DNA of 64,000 nt from an uncultured Acidobacteriota bacterium. GTDB lineage: Bacteria; Acidobacteriota; Blastocatellia; RBC074. Below are positions 24,691-35,291 of the stretch, piece after piece (the stretch's first letter is position 1; each line of letters starts with the position of its first letter). A program made the position numbers and the translations under genes. The stretch spans positions 265,757 through 329,756 of the forward strand of contig CAWEYR010000024.1 of the NCBI GenBank assembly GCA_963813345.1, in the 5' to 3' direction. The notes beneath the pieces are model-generated. The model was not told the DNA's origin. It made no database searches and saw only the letters and a program-made list of their open reading frames with translations.

Positions 24691-27600
24691 TCAAAAAACG
24701 TACTTGAGTGCTATCTGAATCTGGCGCGGTGTAAGCGCTGTGTTGACTGACGTGCCAAAACTTGGCGCTTCCAGAATCCGCACCGGAATTCCAAAATGTG
24801 ACCGGTTGAAAAGATTGAATGACTCGACCCTGAGCACGATATCGTGCCCTTCCGCAACGCGGAAATATCTTGATGAGGGTCAGGTCAACTTTGAATGCGC
24901 CACTGGACCTGAAAGTGTTTCGACCAACGGCTCCATCCTTGGGAGAGACCGTGCCGGCAACATTGTTCACTACCGGCGGAAGGAGCGATGATAGATCATT
25001 CGTAGTCACGATAATACGTCTGCGCCGATCATCGGTAATTTCAAGACCATTAGTCGTGTTGAGCCGGTCCGTCAGATTACCGTCGAGATTGACATCAAAG
25101 CTGGTATTCGCCGTGAATGGCTGACCGGTTTGAGCGATCACAATTGATGAGAGGTTCCACCCGCCCAGAAACGCCCTCTTTGCACCTGTCGCTGAGTTGT
25201 AATCTGCGCAGTCCCGGAAACTCCAAGACCGTGCTGAACGAGAATCGATGCCTCATATCAAAGTTCGCATCACCGCGCTCAGCCTCGAGGTTGCGGTCAT
25301 TCTGTGGAAGGATGAACGCACCAGCCACATCAAAGACATCAGAAACGTCATCGATTCCATGCGCCCAGGTGTAGGCTCCAGTAAACTGGTATCCTGCCGA
25401 AAAGCGCTTAGTCACGCTCGTCTGCAATGAATGGTAGTTCGAGTCAGCCGAAGAATCGAAGATCGTGTACGCACCAAGTCGTGGGTTTGATCTGAAATTG
25501 CTCACTTCCGGGAAACTCGCGCAGAGGCAGCGAAATCGCCGGAACAATCGCACGGTTTGGATCGATCTGCAGAGGATCAACCGGAAATGTCGGGGAGTTG
25601 AGGCCGCCATTCGGAGTGCGAAATCGGATCAGCTTGAGCCCGCGTGTCCCAACATATGCTGCGTTGAACAGATAATTTCCAAAGAACTCGCGCTCAATCT
25701 GAAGATTGTAATGGTACGCGTATGGCGTTCTCAGTTGCCGGTCCGGCAGTGTAAACGCGAGGCCGCCGCCAGAGGGTCTGAGCCCAAGGTTCGTCGCACT
25801 CGGGTTGAAGATCAATCCAAGGAGCGCCTGCCTTGCTCCCGGCTGAATCCCAAGCTGGTTGAGCGAGCCGGCGCAAATGATCGACGCCCTTGGGGTCACC
25901 GGGGCAGACAGAGGCTGCACTGCGCCGGCATTATTGACTATGACGAGTGGCAGATAGTGAGGATTGATGATCCTGATGAATCCGTTCCCGCTTTCAAGAT
26001 TCTGATCGAAGAATCGTTGATCGAAGACGCCAAGCATATTGTTCAGAGTGTTGACATCGAGATTGGTCGGGATAAATGTTGGAAAGACATTCCGGGACTG
26101 GCTGACGACACTTCCCAGCGCAATATCAAAACCAACACCAAATCCGCCTCGAATTACGGTCTTCCCGGCCTGTGTCGGGCTGTTTGGCATCGGATCCCAC
26201 GCAAAGCTGAAGTGCGGGCCAAAGTTATTTCTGTCCGAATCATATATTGACGTGCGTCCGCCGATGAACTGCTTGTAGCGCGGCCTGAGTCTGAGCGAAT
26301 GCTGCCACCAGTGGCGCAGTCGGCAGGGGAATGCCGACCTGGACCGTTCTCCGTTATCAAAGCTCAGAGCCACACGGAGATTCGGGTCCACTCCCTGCAG
26401 CGTCCTCAGATCGAATGTGTTTTCAATGCGATTGTTTACTTCGCGCGGAACTGAGTTGTACTCATACCGGACGCCATAATCAATCGTGAAGCCCGGCCTC
26501 GCCCGCCAGTTACCATTGAAGAAATAATTCTGCTGCCAGAAGCGGAGACCGATTGTCGAATCTGGTGTTCCCGCGGAAAGCGACTGAAAGATTCCAGTCG
26601 GGAGCCCCAGCGAGGCGAGGTCGCTCCCGCGAAAGTATCCGGGGGTCGGGCCGAACCTGCTGAAATTGACGAAAGGAATATCCGCATCAGGAAACCGCTG
26701 GTCAACGACTCCAGTCAGATCGAGCGACCCTCCATAGATGACCTGAGTTCGATAGTTCCTGTCGAGAGAACTGTTCAACTGAGTTCGCCGTACATCGGCT
26801 CCGACCTTGAACGTGTGATTCCCTCGAAAATAGGTCAGCGTATCGGCAATCTGAAAAGTGTTGTTCGTGCGTGCCTGCGGAAAGAGATAAGGGTCGAGGC
26901 CAACAGCGTCATATGGCGTCACTTGAACCTGCCCGACCGGCCCAAGGGCATCCTCAACCGGCTTGAACACGATGCCAAGCTGGTTTGGATTGACATTCGG
27001 AGCGAGACGATAGTCGGCAAATGGCAAGGGGATTCTCAGGATCACTGAAGTTTGACAGCCGTCGCGAATTGAGCAGATATGGATTGTTCGGAACAAGCTG
27101 TGAGCTGATCAGCCGATCGCTCGGGATCGGATCGAATCTCAACCTCGTTCTTCCGTAGCTGCCACGAAGCTGATTTGCCAGACTCAGTGAGATTTGACTG
27201 TTCAGAAAGAAAGAAAGGTTTTGTGTGCCGACCTTCGGCTCGAGCGACGAAAAGATCGCGTTTCCAACTGTCGGAACTTGACGTTCGTCATTTGTGAAAT
27301 TGTAGCGCGCTGTAAACGTATGTGTAACCTCCGGGACCAAACATCTCAAAGTTGTGGTCGAATTTCAGTGAGAAGATCGTGCCGCGTCCATCGGCCGGCA
27401 AAACCTGAGTGAATGTGTTCCGCCCGTATGGACCAATTGGATTGTTGGGAAGTGGATACAACGAAAAGACGCCATCACCCGCGAGAAATGTCGGGAAGAA
27501 GCGACCCGAATTACCATTCCGGTCAGTGGCGATAAATCCCGTCGACCCGAAATTGAAGAATCCCCGCTCTTCGACAGCAGGCACCGCAAAGTGTGTTTCC

Positions 27601-28869
27601 TGATCAGCACGAATCTCCTGACGCTCGAATGACCCGAAGAAGAAGGTCCTCGTAGGATCATCCTTACCCATCGGTCCGAAATACTTTTTGCTGAACGGAA
27701 CGCCCAGTGTGAATCCAGCCTGGTTTCGGTTGAGCCGATTCTCGCCATCAGAGGGATTCGGCACCACAAAGTCCTGGGCCCCAGGGCCGGCAAATCCGTT
27801 ACCTACCCGAACCGGCACCGTTGTCTGATTCACAGGCTGGCCATTCAGGTAACGCAGTTGTCGAAATGAATTCACCGGATATGTCGATGGGCCGCCAGTG
27901 TAGTCAAAAAAACTTCTCGCATTGAGAACGTCGTGACTAAAGTAGTCATAAATCGAGCCGTGTACCAGCCTGCCCCCTGAGCGCGAGACGGCGTTCACCT
28001 GCGATCCAGGGTTGCGGCCTGACTCCGCATCCCAAAGGTTCGTGACGATCTGGAACTCCTGAACGCTCTCGATACTCTGAGGAACAAGTGACACAAAACC
28101 CTGCCTCCGCACACCTACGTCTTCGTCATTGTTATCCGACCCATCAACAGTGAAGTTGTTCGAGCGTGCGCGCATACCGTTGACGGAAAACTGGCCTGCC
28201 GTTCCGATTCCCGCCCCGAGTCCCGGGCCGACAACGCCACGGACCTCCGGAGGAGGCGCAACGCCCGGTGCCAGAAAAGCAAAGTCGTCGAATGACCGGA
28301 CTCCGCCCAGTGGGAGGAGTGCGACCATCCTGTCATCTGCGTTGAGTCGACGAGTGGCATCATTCTGATTTGCGAGCTTTCCACCAGTATCGTCGTCGCT
28401 GCCCTGAGGCAAAGGCGAGACTGCTGCGGGCGCGTCGACGCAGTCGAGGGTGTCGCGGGCGTCGGAGTTGCTGGCGTGGGTACAGGCTGCGGCGCGGCTG
28501 CTGTAGCAAGCGTTGACGGTGACATTACGATGTCGGGGACCGTCTCGATAAGCTGATTGAGCTGCAGCTTGATTGGTTCCTTTGTCGGCCGTGAGACGAC
28601 ATAGCCATCCTTCACAACCGAAAGCCTGTAGCGGCCCCCGGGGAGAAACGTGATCTGATAGGTTCCGTCTGCAGTCGTCTGCGTCGCTCGCCGGTTTCCC
28701 GACTCTTCATTGATGAATTGAATGCGGACGCCTGCGAGGCCAGCGCCTCCCTGATCAACAACTCGGCCCCGGACAGTTCCGGTGATCGTATCCGCAACAC
28801 CTGCAATGCGGAAACTGCGCAATGACCAGAAAGCTCACAAGCACTAGCCGGAAAGAAACACCAAATCGC
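24691..28869 (-). pseudogene. giant TonB-dependent-receptor-like outer-membrane protein with N-terminal carboxypeptidase-regulatory domain, fragmented by at least 6 frameshifts
   Basis: Signal peptide MQRFGVSFRLVLVSFLVIAQF (28869) leads into a CarboxypepD_reg domain (GTVRGRVVDQGGAGLAGVRIQF...DGTYQITFLPGGRYRLSV). Beta-barrel segments are spread over ORFs 27288..28412, 26954..27349, 25444..27096, 25095..25610 and 24614..25141. The canonical C-terminus ...IQIALKYVF ends at 24691. Confidence 0.75.
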
Positions 28870-28924
28870 TGCATGTACGTCGTCTCCTAGTCGTCCTTAT
28901 TTCCTGACAGCTGAGCGGTCGGGC

Positions 28925-29035
28925 AAGGCGGTGATCAGGTGTCGATCTGAGTTGAAGTTTGAGTTCAAGCTTTAGCTTGTGGTCTCAACTTCAACCCAAA
29001 GCTAAAGCTTGAACTCAAACTTAAAAATGAACTGA
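28925..29035. repeat. REP-like hairpin, family GAGTTCAAGCTTTAGCTTGC
   Basis: tttgagttcaagctttagcttgtgg ... ccaaagctaaagcttgaactcaaa. Other copies lie at 2676..2760, 40478..40550, 41208..41290 and 48700..48800. Confidence 0.85.
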
Positions 29036-29054
29036 ATCCCACCACCGGACGAAC

Positions 29055-30335
29055 TCATATTAGCCTGTCCCTCTTTATTGTCAAAGAACAAACTCCTCCG
29101 TCTGGAGCCGCTTTTTCTGCAACGTAAGTTGGTGTCGTGACTGATCTGTAATCGGTGTTTTCGTTAGAGAGCCTGGTGTAGAAACCGGCAGCCCGGCCAC
29201 CAATCACGTACACTCCAAAATTCGGAAGGAGGCCGTTTTCAACCGGTTTCACATCGAAAAAGCGCTGGAGAATCCAGTGACGCCGGATCATCTTTTCGAG
29301 GGCCAGACGCCATTCGCGGTCGGTTGCAAACGGGCCGCAAATGACAGAGTCACCCTCGCAGCCATACACAGACTTTGCGACCCACTCTTCTCTTCTGAAG
29401 TCACGGATCGTGTCCTCGCCCATGCGGCGCGTCTCCGGTATGTAGTCTCGAATCCATTCTTGCGAGCTTGCTGAAAACATCTTTGGGTGATCCCACATGA
29501 ATGCGAAACAGAACTTGTTCTGGCTCAAGACTGACCCGAACGGATTGACAATCGTCACCGCACCTTCAGACTCTGCTCTGAGCAGCGGGATCAATTGATC
29601 TTCCAGAGGTTCAGGATCTGAGAATTCTGGCTGGTCGCTCCACACCGTTTCGCGCTCGCCCCACCAGTCGGTCTTATAGTGCCTGATGATCAATTCGATC
29701 CGTTCATCGAGGACGAACACATGCCCATTCGAGTCGAATCTGAGATTGAATGGGGATCCGAAAAAGAGCCTGCAGCCTTTCGTCGCTAACCATTCCTTGT
29801 AGAGGGCGATCATACTCAGGTCTTCCGGAAGATCGGTCGGATATATGATCGCGGCAGTTTCCGGTGCACTGCCATGAAGGCCTTCGAGCATCGAAACGAA
29901 CTTCTCCTGCATTCCAGCATTCGGGTCAACTGTATCAGGATGGTGATCGTGTAACAGTCGATTTACGATCACCGATTCGGCTTCGCCTGAAGGTGTATCG
30001 GAATTCATTTCGCACGCCCGAATCCGCCCGTCATGACAGATAAACAGATCTACGCGTGCGATGCCGTGCCATCTTCCTTCCGACGAGAGCCACATTACTT
30101 TTTGAAATGGCGTCAGCCCAAAGTAATCGTCAAGGAATTGAGGGTTGGCGAGAACGATCTGCGCAAGCTCATGATGCAGATACGCGATCCGCTCCGCAGC
30201 GGTCTGCAAAGCTTCAGCGTCTTGAGGCGAGAGTACTTGTCCGCGAAGAAGAAACCGCTCACGGCCGTCAATCCATGGGTCTGAGATTATTCCCGTGCGA
30301 TATAGCTCGCCGGCAAAGTCTCCGTAGGATGGCAT
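29055..30335 (-). CDS. glutathionylspermidine-synthase-like amidoligase (pre-ATP-grasp / GspS family)
   Basis: 426 aa. Overall resemblance to the GspS/YjfC family (DLFICHDGRIRACEMNSDTPSG, IIRHYKTDWW...VNPFGSVLSQNKFCFAFMW). Confidence 0.7.
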   Translation of the reverse strand: MPSYGDFAGELYRTGIISDPWIDGRERFLLRGQVLSPQDAEALQTAAERIAYLHHELAQIVLANPQFLDDYFGLTPFQKVMWLSSEGRWHGIARVDLFICHDGRIRACEMNSDTPSGEAESVIVNRLLHDHHPDTVDPNAGMQEKFVSMLEGLHGSAPETAAIIYPTDLPEDLSMIALYKEWLATKGCRLFFGSPFNLRFDSNGHVFVLDERIELIIRHYKTDWWGERETVWSDQPEFSDPEPLEDQLIPLLRAESEGAVTIVNPFGSVLSQNKFCFAFMWDHPKMFSASSQEWIRDYIPETRRMGEDTIRDFRREEWVAKSVYGCEGDSVICGPFATDREWRLALEKMIRRHWILQRFFDVKPVENGLLPNFGVYVIGGRAAGFYTRLSNENTDYRSVTTPTYVAEKAAPDGGVCSLTIKRDRLI

Positions 30336-30375
30336 GTTGTACCGCCTTCAGGCGGAATCTTCTCTCCCAAGGGGT

Positions 30376-31224
30376 CTACATGCCGACGCGGGTCACCAGG
30401 AGCGCAGTTGCGTAGTATCCGATGGCTTCGAGAACGCCAGCGCCAAGGTTGCGATCTACCGCAATCTCTCGATCAAGTATCCCGCCGCGAAACTTGGGGC
30501 CAGCGCCAAGAACAAGGGTTTGCACGATGATCTGTCGAACCGGGTAAAGCGTAAGCGTTGCCAAGAGCATCAAACCAAATCCTTTGAACCCTGCCGAGTA
30601 ACCCGTGAATTCACCCGAAACGCCGAATCCGACCATCGTTCCTACCGCAATCAGCAATCCTCCGTATCCGATCGCCGCAGCGACATTGCCGCCACGTATC
30701 TCCGCCACGTCGTCATAGGAAGTCACGTATCGAAAGAGATGCGTGAGCACAATCAAAGAGATGACTCCCGCTCCCCAGAATACAACCGTCGGCAAAAGGG
30801 CCCCGCCGTCTCCGGTCAACGCCCCGCTGACTATTTGACTGGCTGCGATGTACTCTGCGGCTCCTACGATTCCAGCCGCTACATTTCCCTTGAGACTCTC
30901 GTCGCGCAGATTGAGGCCCGTACTGCGGCTGTAAAACCCGAAGATCCTGCCCGTGATCTCCATGGCGATGATCCCGCCGAGCCCATAGGTGATCACGCCG
31001 GTTACGTCACGCCAGAATGAATGGCTCGCACCCCCAAGTACCGGAATGATGACGTTCACAACGCCTAGCAGAAATCCGCCGAGCGCAATCGCAACCGCCC
31101 GATTGTCGGCTTCGATAAGCATCTTGGTTACCGCTTGTCCAAGCACGAGTTGATGGAGGAGTCGTGCCAGAAACAGAAGGATAATCACTGACAGAACTAC
31201 AAAGCCGATTGTGGTTGCGCTCAT
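30376..31224 (-). CDS. DUF350-repeat integral membrane protein
   Basis: 282 aa, all-helical and Gly/Ala-rich, with an internally duplicated topology. It is the genomic partner of GspS-like ligases, comparable to E. coli YjfL next to YjfC. Confidence 0.55.
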   Translation of the reverse strand: MSATTIGFVVLSVIILLFLARLLHQLVLGQAVTKMLIEADNRAVAIALGGFLLGVVNVIIPVLGGASHSFWRDVTGVITYGLGGIIAMEITGRIFGFYSRSTGLNLRDESLKGNVAAGIVGAAEYIAASQIVSGALTGDGGALLPTVVFWGAGVISLIVLTHLFRYVTSYDDVAEIRGGNVAAAIGYGGLLIAVGTMVGFGVSGEFTGYSAGFKGFGLMLLATLTLYPVRQIIVQTLVLGAGPKFRGGILDREIAVDRNLGAGVLEAIGYYATALLVTRVGM

Positions 31225-32780
31225 TCCTTTTCTCCAGTAGTCGTTAGATTCGGAGTGACTTCGACTGCCGGCTGCACTCCCAGTTGCTTAAGCAGGCTTG
31301 GAACGTTTAACCCGAGGGCCTCGAGCTGCTGCAACAAGGCAAAAATGACCGAAGGAGCAGTCGATGCGAAACGGTTCATGCCACTCTGCCCCTGACCGTT
31401 GCCGCTGCCCTGGTCAATCATGACTACTTTGTCGATGTTGCCAAGCGGAGCTGCTACTGCGCCAAAAACCCCGGTCGATGCCTGAATGATGGCCGGCAAC
31501 TTTTCGAGGATCGTCTGAAGGCGCGCGGCCTCATTGAACTCCTTCCACGCCTCTGCCTTCTTGAGGATTGCCGCGGCTTCGGCCAAGCCTTGCGCCTCGA
31601 TCGATTTCGCTTGAGCCAGACCTGTGGCCTCAATCTTCGCCGCCTGGGCCCTACCTTCAGTCTCAATGGCTGAAGCTCTGCCCTGACCCTCCTTTTGGAG
31701 ACGCTCCTGTTCGGCCTCCGCCATCGCGATGAGTGCCTGCTTCTTGCCTTCGGCTTCCAGAATCGCTCCCTGTTTCGCGGCTTCATACTTGAGGATTGCT
31801 GCGGTTCGCGCGGCATCAGCAGGTTTGATAACGGTGGCTTCGAGCTCTTTTTCTTTCCGCTTTACCTCCTGCTCCTGAACCGCAATGTGTTCCTCTGTGC
31901 GGATTCGTTCAATGCGGATCTCTTCAGCCACGACAGCTTGCCGCGCTTTGGCTCCGGAGAGGGGCCCGGCCTGTTCTGCCGTGGCGCGCTCGCGCTCGAC
32001 CTCGGACTGATACTGCGCTTTCTTGACCTCGAGATCGCGATGCGCGAGCGAGATGTTGGCATCAGTGTCCAGCTTGACCTTCTCCCCTTCCTGCATCGCA
32101 AGGCTCGACTGGATCTTCGAATCGCGCGTGGCTTCAGCTTCGCCGATCTGTGCATCGCGTTTGACTTCTGCTGTTCGTCGCTTGCCGAGCGCGTCGAGAT
32201 ATCCCTCTTCATCACTGATCTCCTGGATGATCAGGACGTCCACGCCGATGCCCATACGCTCCAGATCCGCCGCCGCTTCGCTCGTGAGCTTCTGGGCAAA
32301 GCTCTGGCGGTCGTTGTTGATCTCTTCGACGGTCAGAGTGCCGAGGATCGCACGCAAGTGGCCTTCAAGCGTTTGGAAGATGACTTTCTGTACTTCAGGG
32401 AGCGACATGCCAAGAAACCGCTCCGCCGCCGCCTGCAGCGAAACGTCGTCGCTCTTGATCTTGACGTTTGCCACTGCCTTGACCGAAACCGGCACGCCTT
32501 TGACCGTGTACGCACGCCGGATTTCAAGCGGAATGGTCAGGAGGTTAAGTGAGAGATACTCGACCTTCTCGAGCAGTGGAACGCGAAGTGCCGCACCACC
32601 TCTGACTATCCGGTAGCCAACTACCCTTCCGTCGCTCAGCTTGCGTTTGCGGCCGCTGAAGACGGCGGCCGCATTCGGCGATACCTTGATGTAGTTCCGG
32701 CTGAAGAGCCAGATGGCAATCAGAACCGACAAGAGGACGGCCAATACAATCAGTGGAATGAAGAGGGTTTCAAAAGACAT
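31221..32780 (-). CDS. flotillin / SPFH (band-7) domain protein with long Ala/Glu-rich coiled coil
   Basis: 519 aa. An N-terminal TM segment, then the SPFH domain (VKGVPVSVKAVANVKIKSDDVSLQAAAERFLGMS), then EA-repeat coiled coil. Resembles YqiK/FloT. Confidence 0.85.
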   Translation of the reverse strand: MSFETLFIPLIVLAVLLSVLIAIWLFSRNYIKVSPNAAAVFSGRKRKLSDGRVVGYRIVRGGAALRVPLLEKVEYLSLNLLTIPLEIRRAYTVKGVPVSVKAVANVKIKSDDVSLQAAAERFLGMSLPEVQKVIFQTLEGHLRAILGTLTVEEINNDRQSFAQKLTSEAAADLERMGIGVDVLIIQEISDEEGYLDALGKRRTAEVKRDAQIGEAEATRDSKIQSSLAMQEGEKVKLDTDANISLAHRDLEVKKAQYQSEVERERATAEQAGPLSGAKARQAVVAEEIRIERIRTEEHIAVQEQEVKRKEKELEATVIKPADAARTAAILKYEAAKQGAILEAEGKKQALIAMAEAEQERLQKEGQGRASAIETEGRAQAAKIEATGLAQAKSIEAQGLAEAAAILKKAEAWKEFNEAARLQTILEKLPAIIQASTGVFGAVAAPLGNIDKVVMIDQGSGNGQGQSGMNRFASTAPSVIFALLQQLEALGLNVPSLLKQLGVQPAVEVTPNLTTTGEKE

Positions 32781-32813
32781 GACACTCCTTCGCGATATCA
32801 GCGAGTATGTGGT

Positions 32814-33398
32814 TTATCTACTGGTCGGATCAACCACCGGCTCCGCACTACGCAACTGGCTGACAATAGCGGATTCACCGATGATCTCTTCGATCTTCAC
32901 GAGCGAATTGTAGGGAATTGCGGTTCCATCTCTGGTCCGCGCGATCTTGTCGATCCTGCTTTCGCCGATCAGGCAGCGTATCTGCCCGACACCTCCTCCA
33001 GGAATGCTTACCGTGACTTCAGCAGTTCGGCCTATGAGGTCAGCTTCGCTCGTGCCGCTCGAGGCTTGCTGAGCAAAGAGAAACCGTGCGAAGAAATAGA
33101 TCACGCTGGCCAGCACGATTCCCCCGGCAAGGCCAAAGAAAGAGCTGGCAAGAATCCCGTAACCGTTATAGACGCCTATGGCACCGAATCCGCCAAAAGC
33201 CGTAATGAACACGCTAAGCACGCGCGCGCTGAAAAACCCTGGCCCGCCATGGTCGAGGTCGTGATCAAAACCGTGAGCGAAGTCAAAGTGATCAAAAATC
33301 TCTCCGAAGACGAGCGAGATTAACAGGAAGAGAAAGCCGACCGCGGCAATCCCAAGGAACACTGTAACCGCGCTCGTCTGTGACAGCAGTTCCGACAT
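32814..33398 (-). CDS. NfeD-like membrane protein (flotillin operon partner, short YuaF type)
   Basis: 194 aa. Three TM helices, then a C-terminal OB-fold segment (GRTAEVTVSIPGGGVGQIRCLIGESRIDKIARTRDG). Confidence 0.7.
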   Translation of the reverse strand: MSELLSQTSAVTVFLGIAAVGFLFLLISLVFGEIFDHFDFAHGFDHDLDHGGPGFFSARVLSVFITAFGGFGAIGVYNGYGILASSFFGLAGGIVLASVIYFFARFLFAQQASSGTSEADLIGRTAEVTVSIPGGGVGQIRCLIGESRIDKIARTRDGTAIPYNSLVKIEEIIGESAIVSQLRSAEPVVDPTSR

Positions 33399-33583
33399 TT
33401 CGCTTGCTCCTTGCAGCCTGGCACTGCGCTGGTTTGATGCTGAACGTGATCCCTACAGCGGGTGGGTTTGAAAAATAGAACTCCCTCGGATCACTGCTCA
33501 TGGACTTGCAGCGGAGAGCTTACCAGACTGAGGGCTCAGAATGCTCGCAGGTTGACGCAAAGCCTGAGAGCGCAAATTTGGAG

Positions 33584-35191
33584 ACTCGTAGGCTGAATGC
33601 CTAGCCATGCGTCGGGGTCTGGTAGTGTAAGACTATCAGGTTAAAAGAAGGAGAGAATCATGGCTAGAGACATTGAGCAAAGAATCAGGCCACGCGAGTT
33701 TTCAGTTTTCGCGGGTCTCGACGTGGACAAGAAGCGAATAGCGGCCACGTTCAGCGATCATGAAGGCGTTTTGGCATCGGTTCAGATGGCTTATAGTTCT
33801 CAACAGTTGGTGAATTATCTTCGTAAGCATTGTAGCAATGACAGGGTTGCTTTGGCTTATGAAGTGGGACCAACAGGGTTTGGCTTGTATGACGATTTGG
33901 AAGCGGCAGGCTATCGGTGCCTCGTCGTAGCTCCGTCGATGGTTCCGAGCGCTCCTGGGAAGCGGGTCAAGACAAATCGGCTCGACAGCAAGAAGATTTC
34001 CTTAGCGTTGCGCGGAGGACAGTTGCAGTCAGTTCATGTTCCACCTGGTGTCTACCGCGAGTTGCGTCATTTGGTTCAACTGCGAGACAGCCACGTTCGG
34101 CAAATGACAGCGTCGAAGTTCAGGATTAAGGCACTGCTTCTCTATGAAGGCATCGCTTTTCCTGAGATACCTGGCAATGGCCAGTGGACGCGAGCAGTGC
34201 TAAAGAATATAGCCACCTTACCGTGCAAGGATTCAGTTCGTTTTAAGCTCAACAGCTTGCTTGCAACTTTAGCGTTCCACAAGGAAGAGACCTTGGCAGC
34301 TTCAAGGCAGATAAGGAAGTTTTGCGAACAGGAAGAAGAGCTCAGGCAATCGATCAAATATCTGTGTACGGTACCCGGAATCGGTTGGATTACTGCAAGC
34401 CACGTGGTGGCGCGTATCGGAGACTGGCGGCTTTTGCACAGTCCAGACCAGATTGCCGGATTCCTTGGACTCGTCTCCTCTGAACACTCAACGGGGGATA
34501 GAGTGGAACGGGGGTCGATCACGCGAAGTGGTGACAGTCGATTACGAAACAAGTTGATCCAGGCAGCCTGGACAGCTATTCGCAAAGACGAGGAACTCCA
34601 CGAGTTCTATCGGCGGATATATAACCGACATCCGCGTCAGATCGCGAGTCGCAAGGCGATCGTCGCTGTGGCGCGGAAGCTAACAACCAGGATTTATGCA
34701 GTTTTGAAAGAGCAACGGCCGTTCGAGCCAAGAGCGTTGAGTCATTGATCTCCTTTGACAAGGAGGCGGTCGGCTCCAGGGTGCGCCTCGACGCCGCACA
34801 GAACGAAGGGGACTATTAGTCTCACACTTCGATTCGTTTTTGGAGACAGAGGACCCGGGGCCAACTTGCTAGCCCTTGACCGTGGGCCGCATATCGAGAG
34901 AGTGAGACGGTCTAAGCCGTGCCACGAATAGCAGTCAGTCGACAAGTCAAAGGGTCAGTGCTCGAGTAACGTTCACAGGTGGCCTAACCATGCGATCGCA
35001 TCTTTAATGATTGGTATGAGAGCAGCGTGAGGTCATTCTCACGACCGCATGGAATCACGCCCCCCCTCCCGTCCCCCCCAAGGGGGGAAGCACAGGTCCC
35101 CTCCTGATAGGGAAAGGTGTGCGTTCGTAATGTGGTTGTTCTATGAGAGTGAGCGAAGCGATTGCAATTCTGCTTGACATTCACATAGCAG
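33584..35191 (+). mobile_element. IS110-family insertion sequence (~1.6 kb) inserted within a REP palindrome; long (443-nt) non-coding right end
   Basis: The left flank ends ...gcgcaaatttggag (33570-33583), which is the outer left arm of the REP. The right flank resumes tgcggcgacttggcgccgc... (35192 onward), the remainder of the same REP. An intact copy of this REP at 6961..7049 shows the uninterrupted ttggagtgcggcg junction. Confidence 0.7.
33660..34748 (+). CDS. IS110-family transposase (DEDD RuvC-like N-domain plus C-terminal Transposase_20 domain)
   Basis: 362 aa. FAGLDVDKKRIAATF is the DEDD start. LCTVPGIGWITASHVVARIGDWRLLHSPDQIAGFLGLVSSEHSTGDRVERGSITRSGDSRLRNKLIQAAW is the conserved IS110 C-terminal region. 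An RBS (aaggagag) lies upstream. Confidence 0.88.
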   Translation: MARDIEQRIRPREFSVFAGLDVDKKRIAATFSDHEGVLASVQMAYSSQQLVNYLRKHCSNDRVALAYEVGPTGFGLYDDLEAAGYRCLVVAPSMVPSAPGKRVKTNRLDSKKISLALRGGQLQSVHVPPGVYRELRHLVQLRDSHVRQMTASKFRIKALLLYEGIAFPEIPGNGQWTRAVLKNIATLPCKDSVRFKLNSLLATLAFHKEETLAASRQIRKFCEQEEELRQSIKYLCTVPGIGWITASHVVARIGDWRLLHSPDQIAGFLGLVSSEHSTGDRVERGSITRSGDSRLRNKLIQAAWTAIRKDEELHEFYRRIYNRHPRQIASRKAIVAVARKLTTRIYAVLKEQRPFEPRALSH

Positions 35192-35283
35192 TGCGGCGAC
35201 TTGGCGCCGCTTTAGTCTCCCGATCGGATTAATCGGACGGGAGACTAAAGCGGCGCCAAGTCGCCGCACTCCAAATGCGCATC
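35192..35283. repeat. REP-like hairpin (copy 2 of the GGAGTGCGGCG family), 35-bp arms; target of the IS insertion
   Basis: gcagtgcggcgacttggcgccgctttagtctcccg / loop / gggagactaaagcggcgccaagtcgccgcactcc. Confidence 0.85.
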
Positions 35284-35291
35284 CAGCTTAA

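Noticed and set aside
30334-31020. 228-aa plus-strand ORF starting [10 protein letters not shown]
   Set aside because: It starts inside a REP element and runs antisense to the DUF350 gene. Its composition is Arg/Ser-rich noise.
34749-35191. Small ORFs 34742..34945(-) and 34984..35184(-) in the IS right end
   Set aside because: No RBS or domain signal. The region is better explained as the non-coding end of the IS110-family element.
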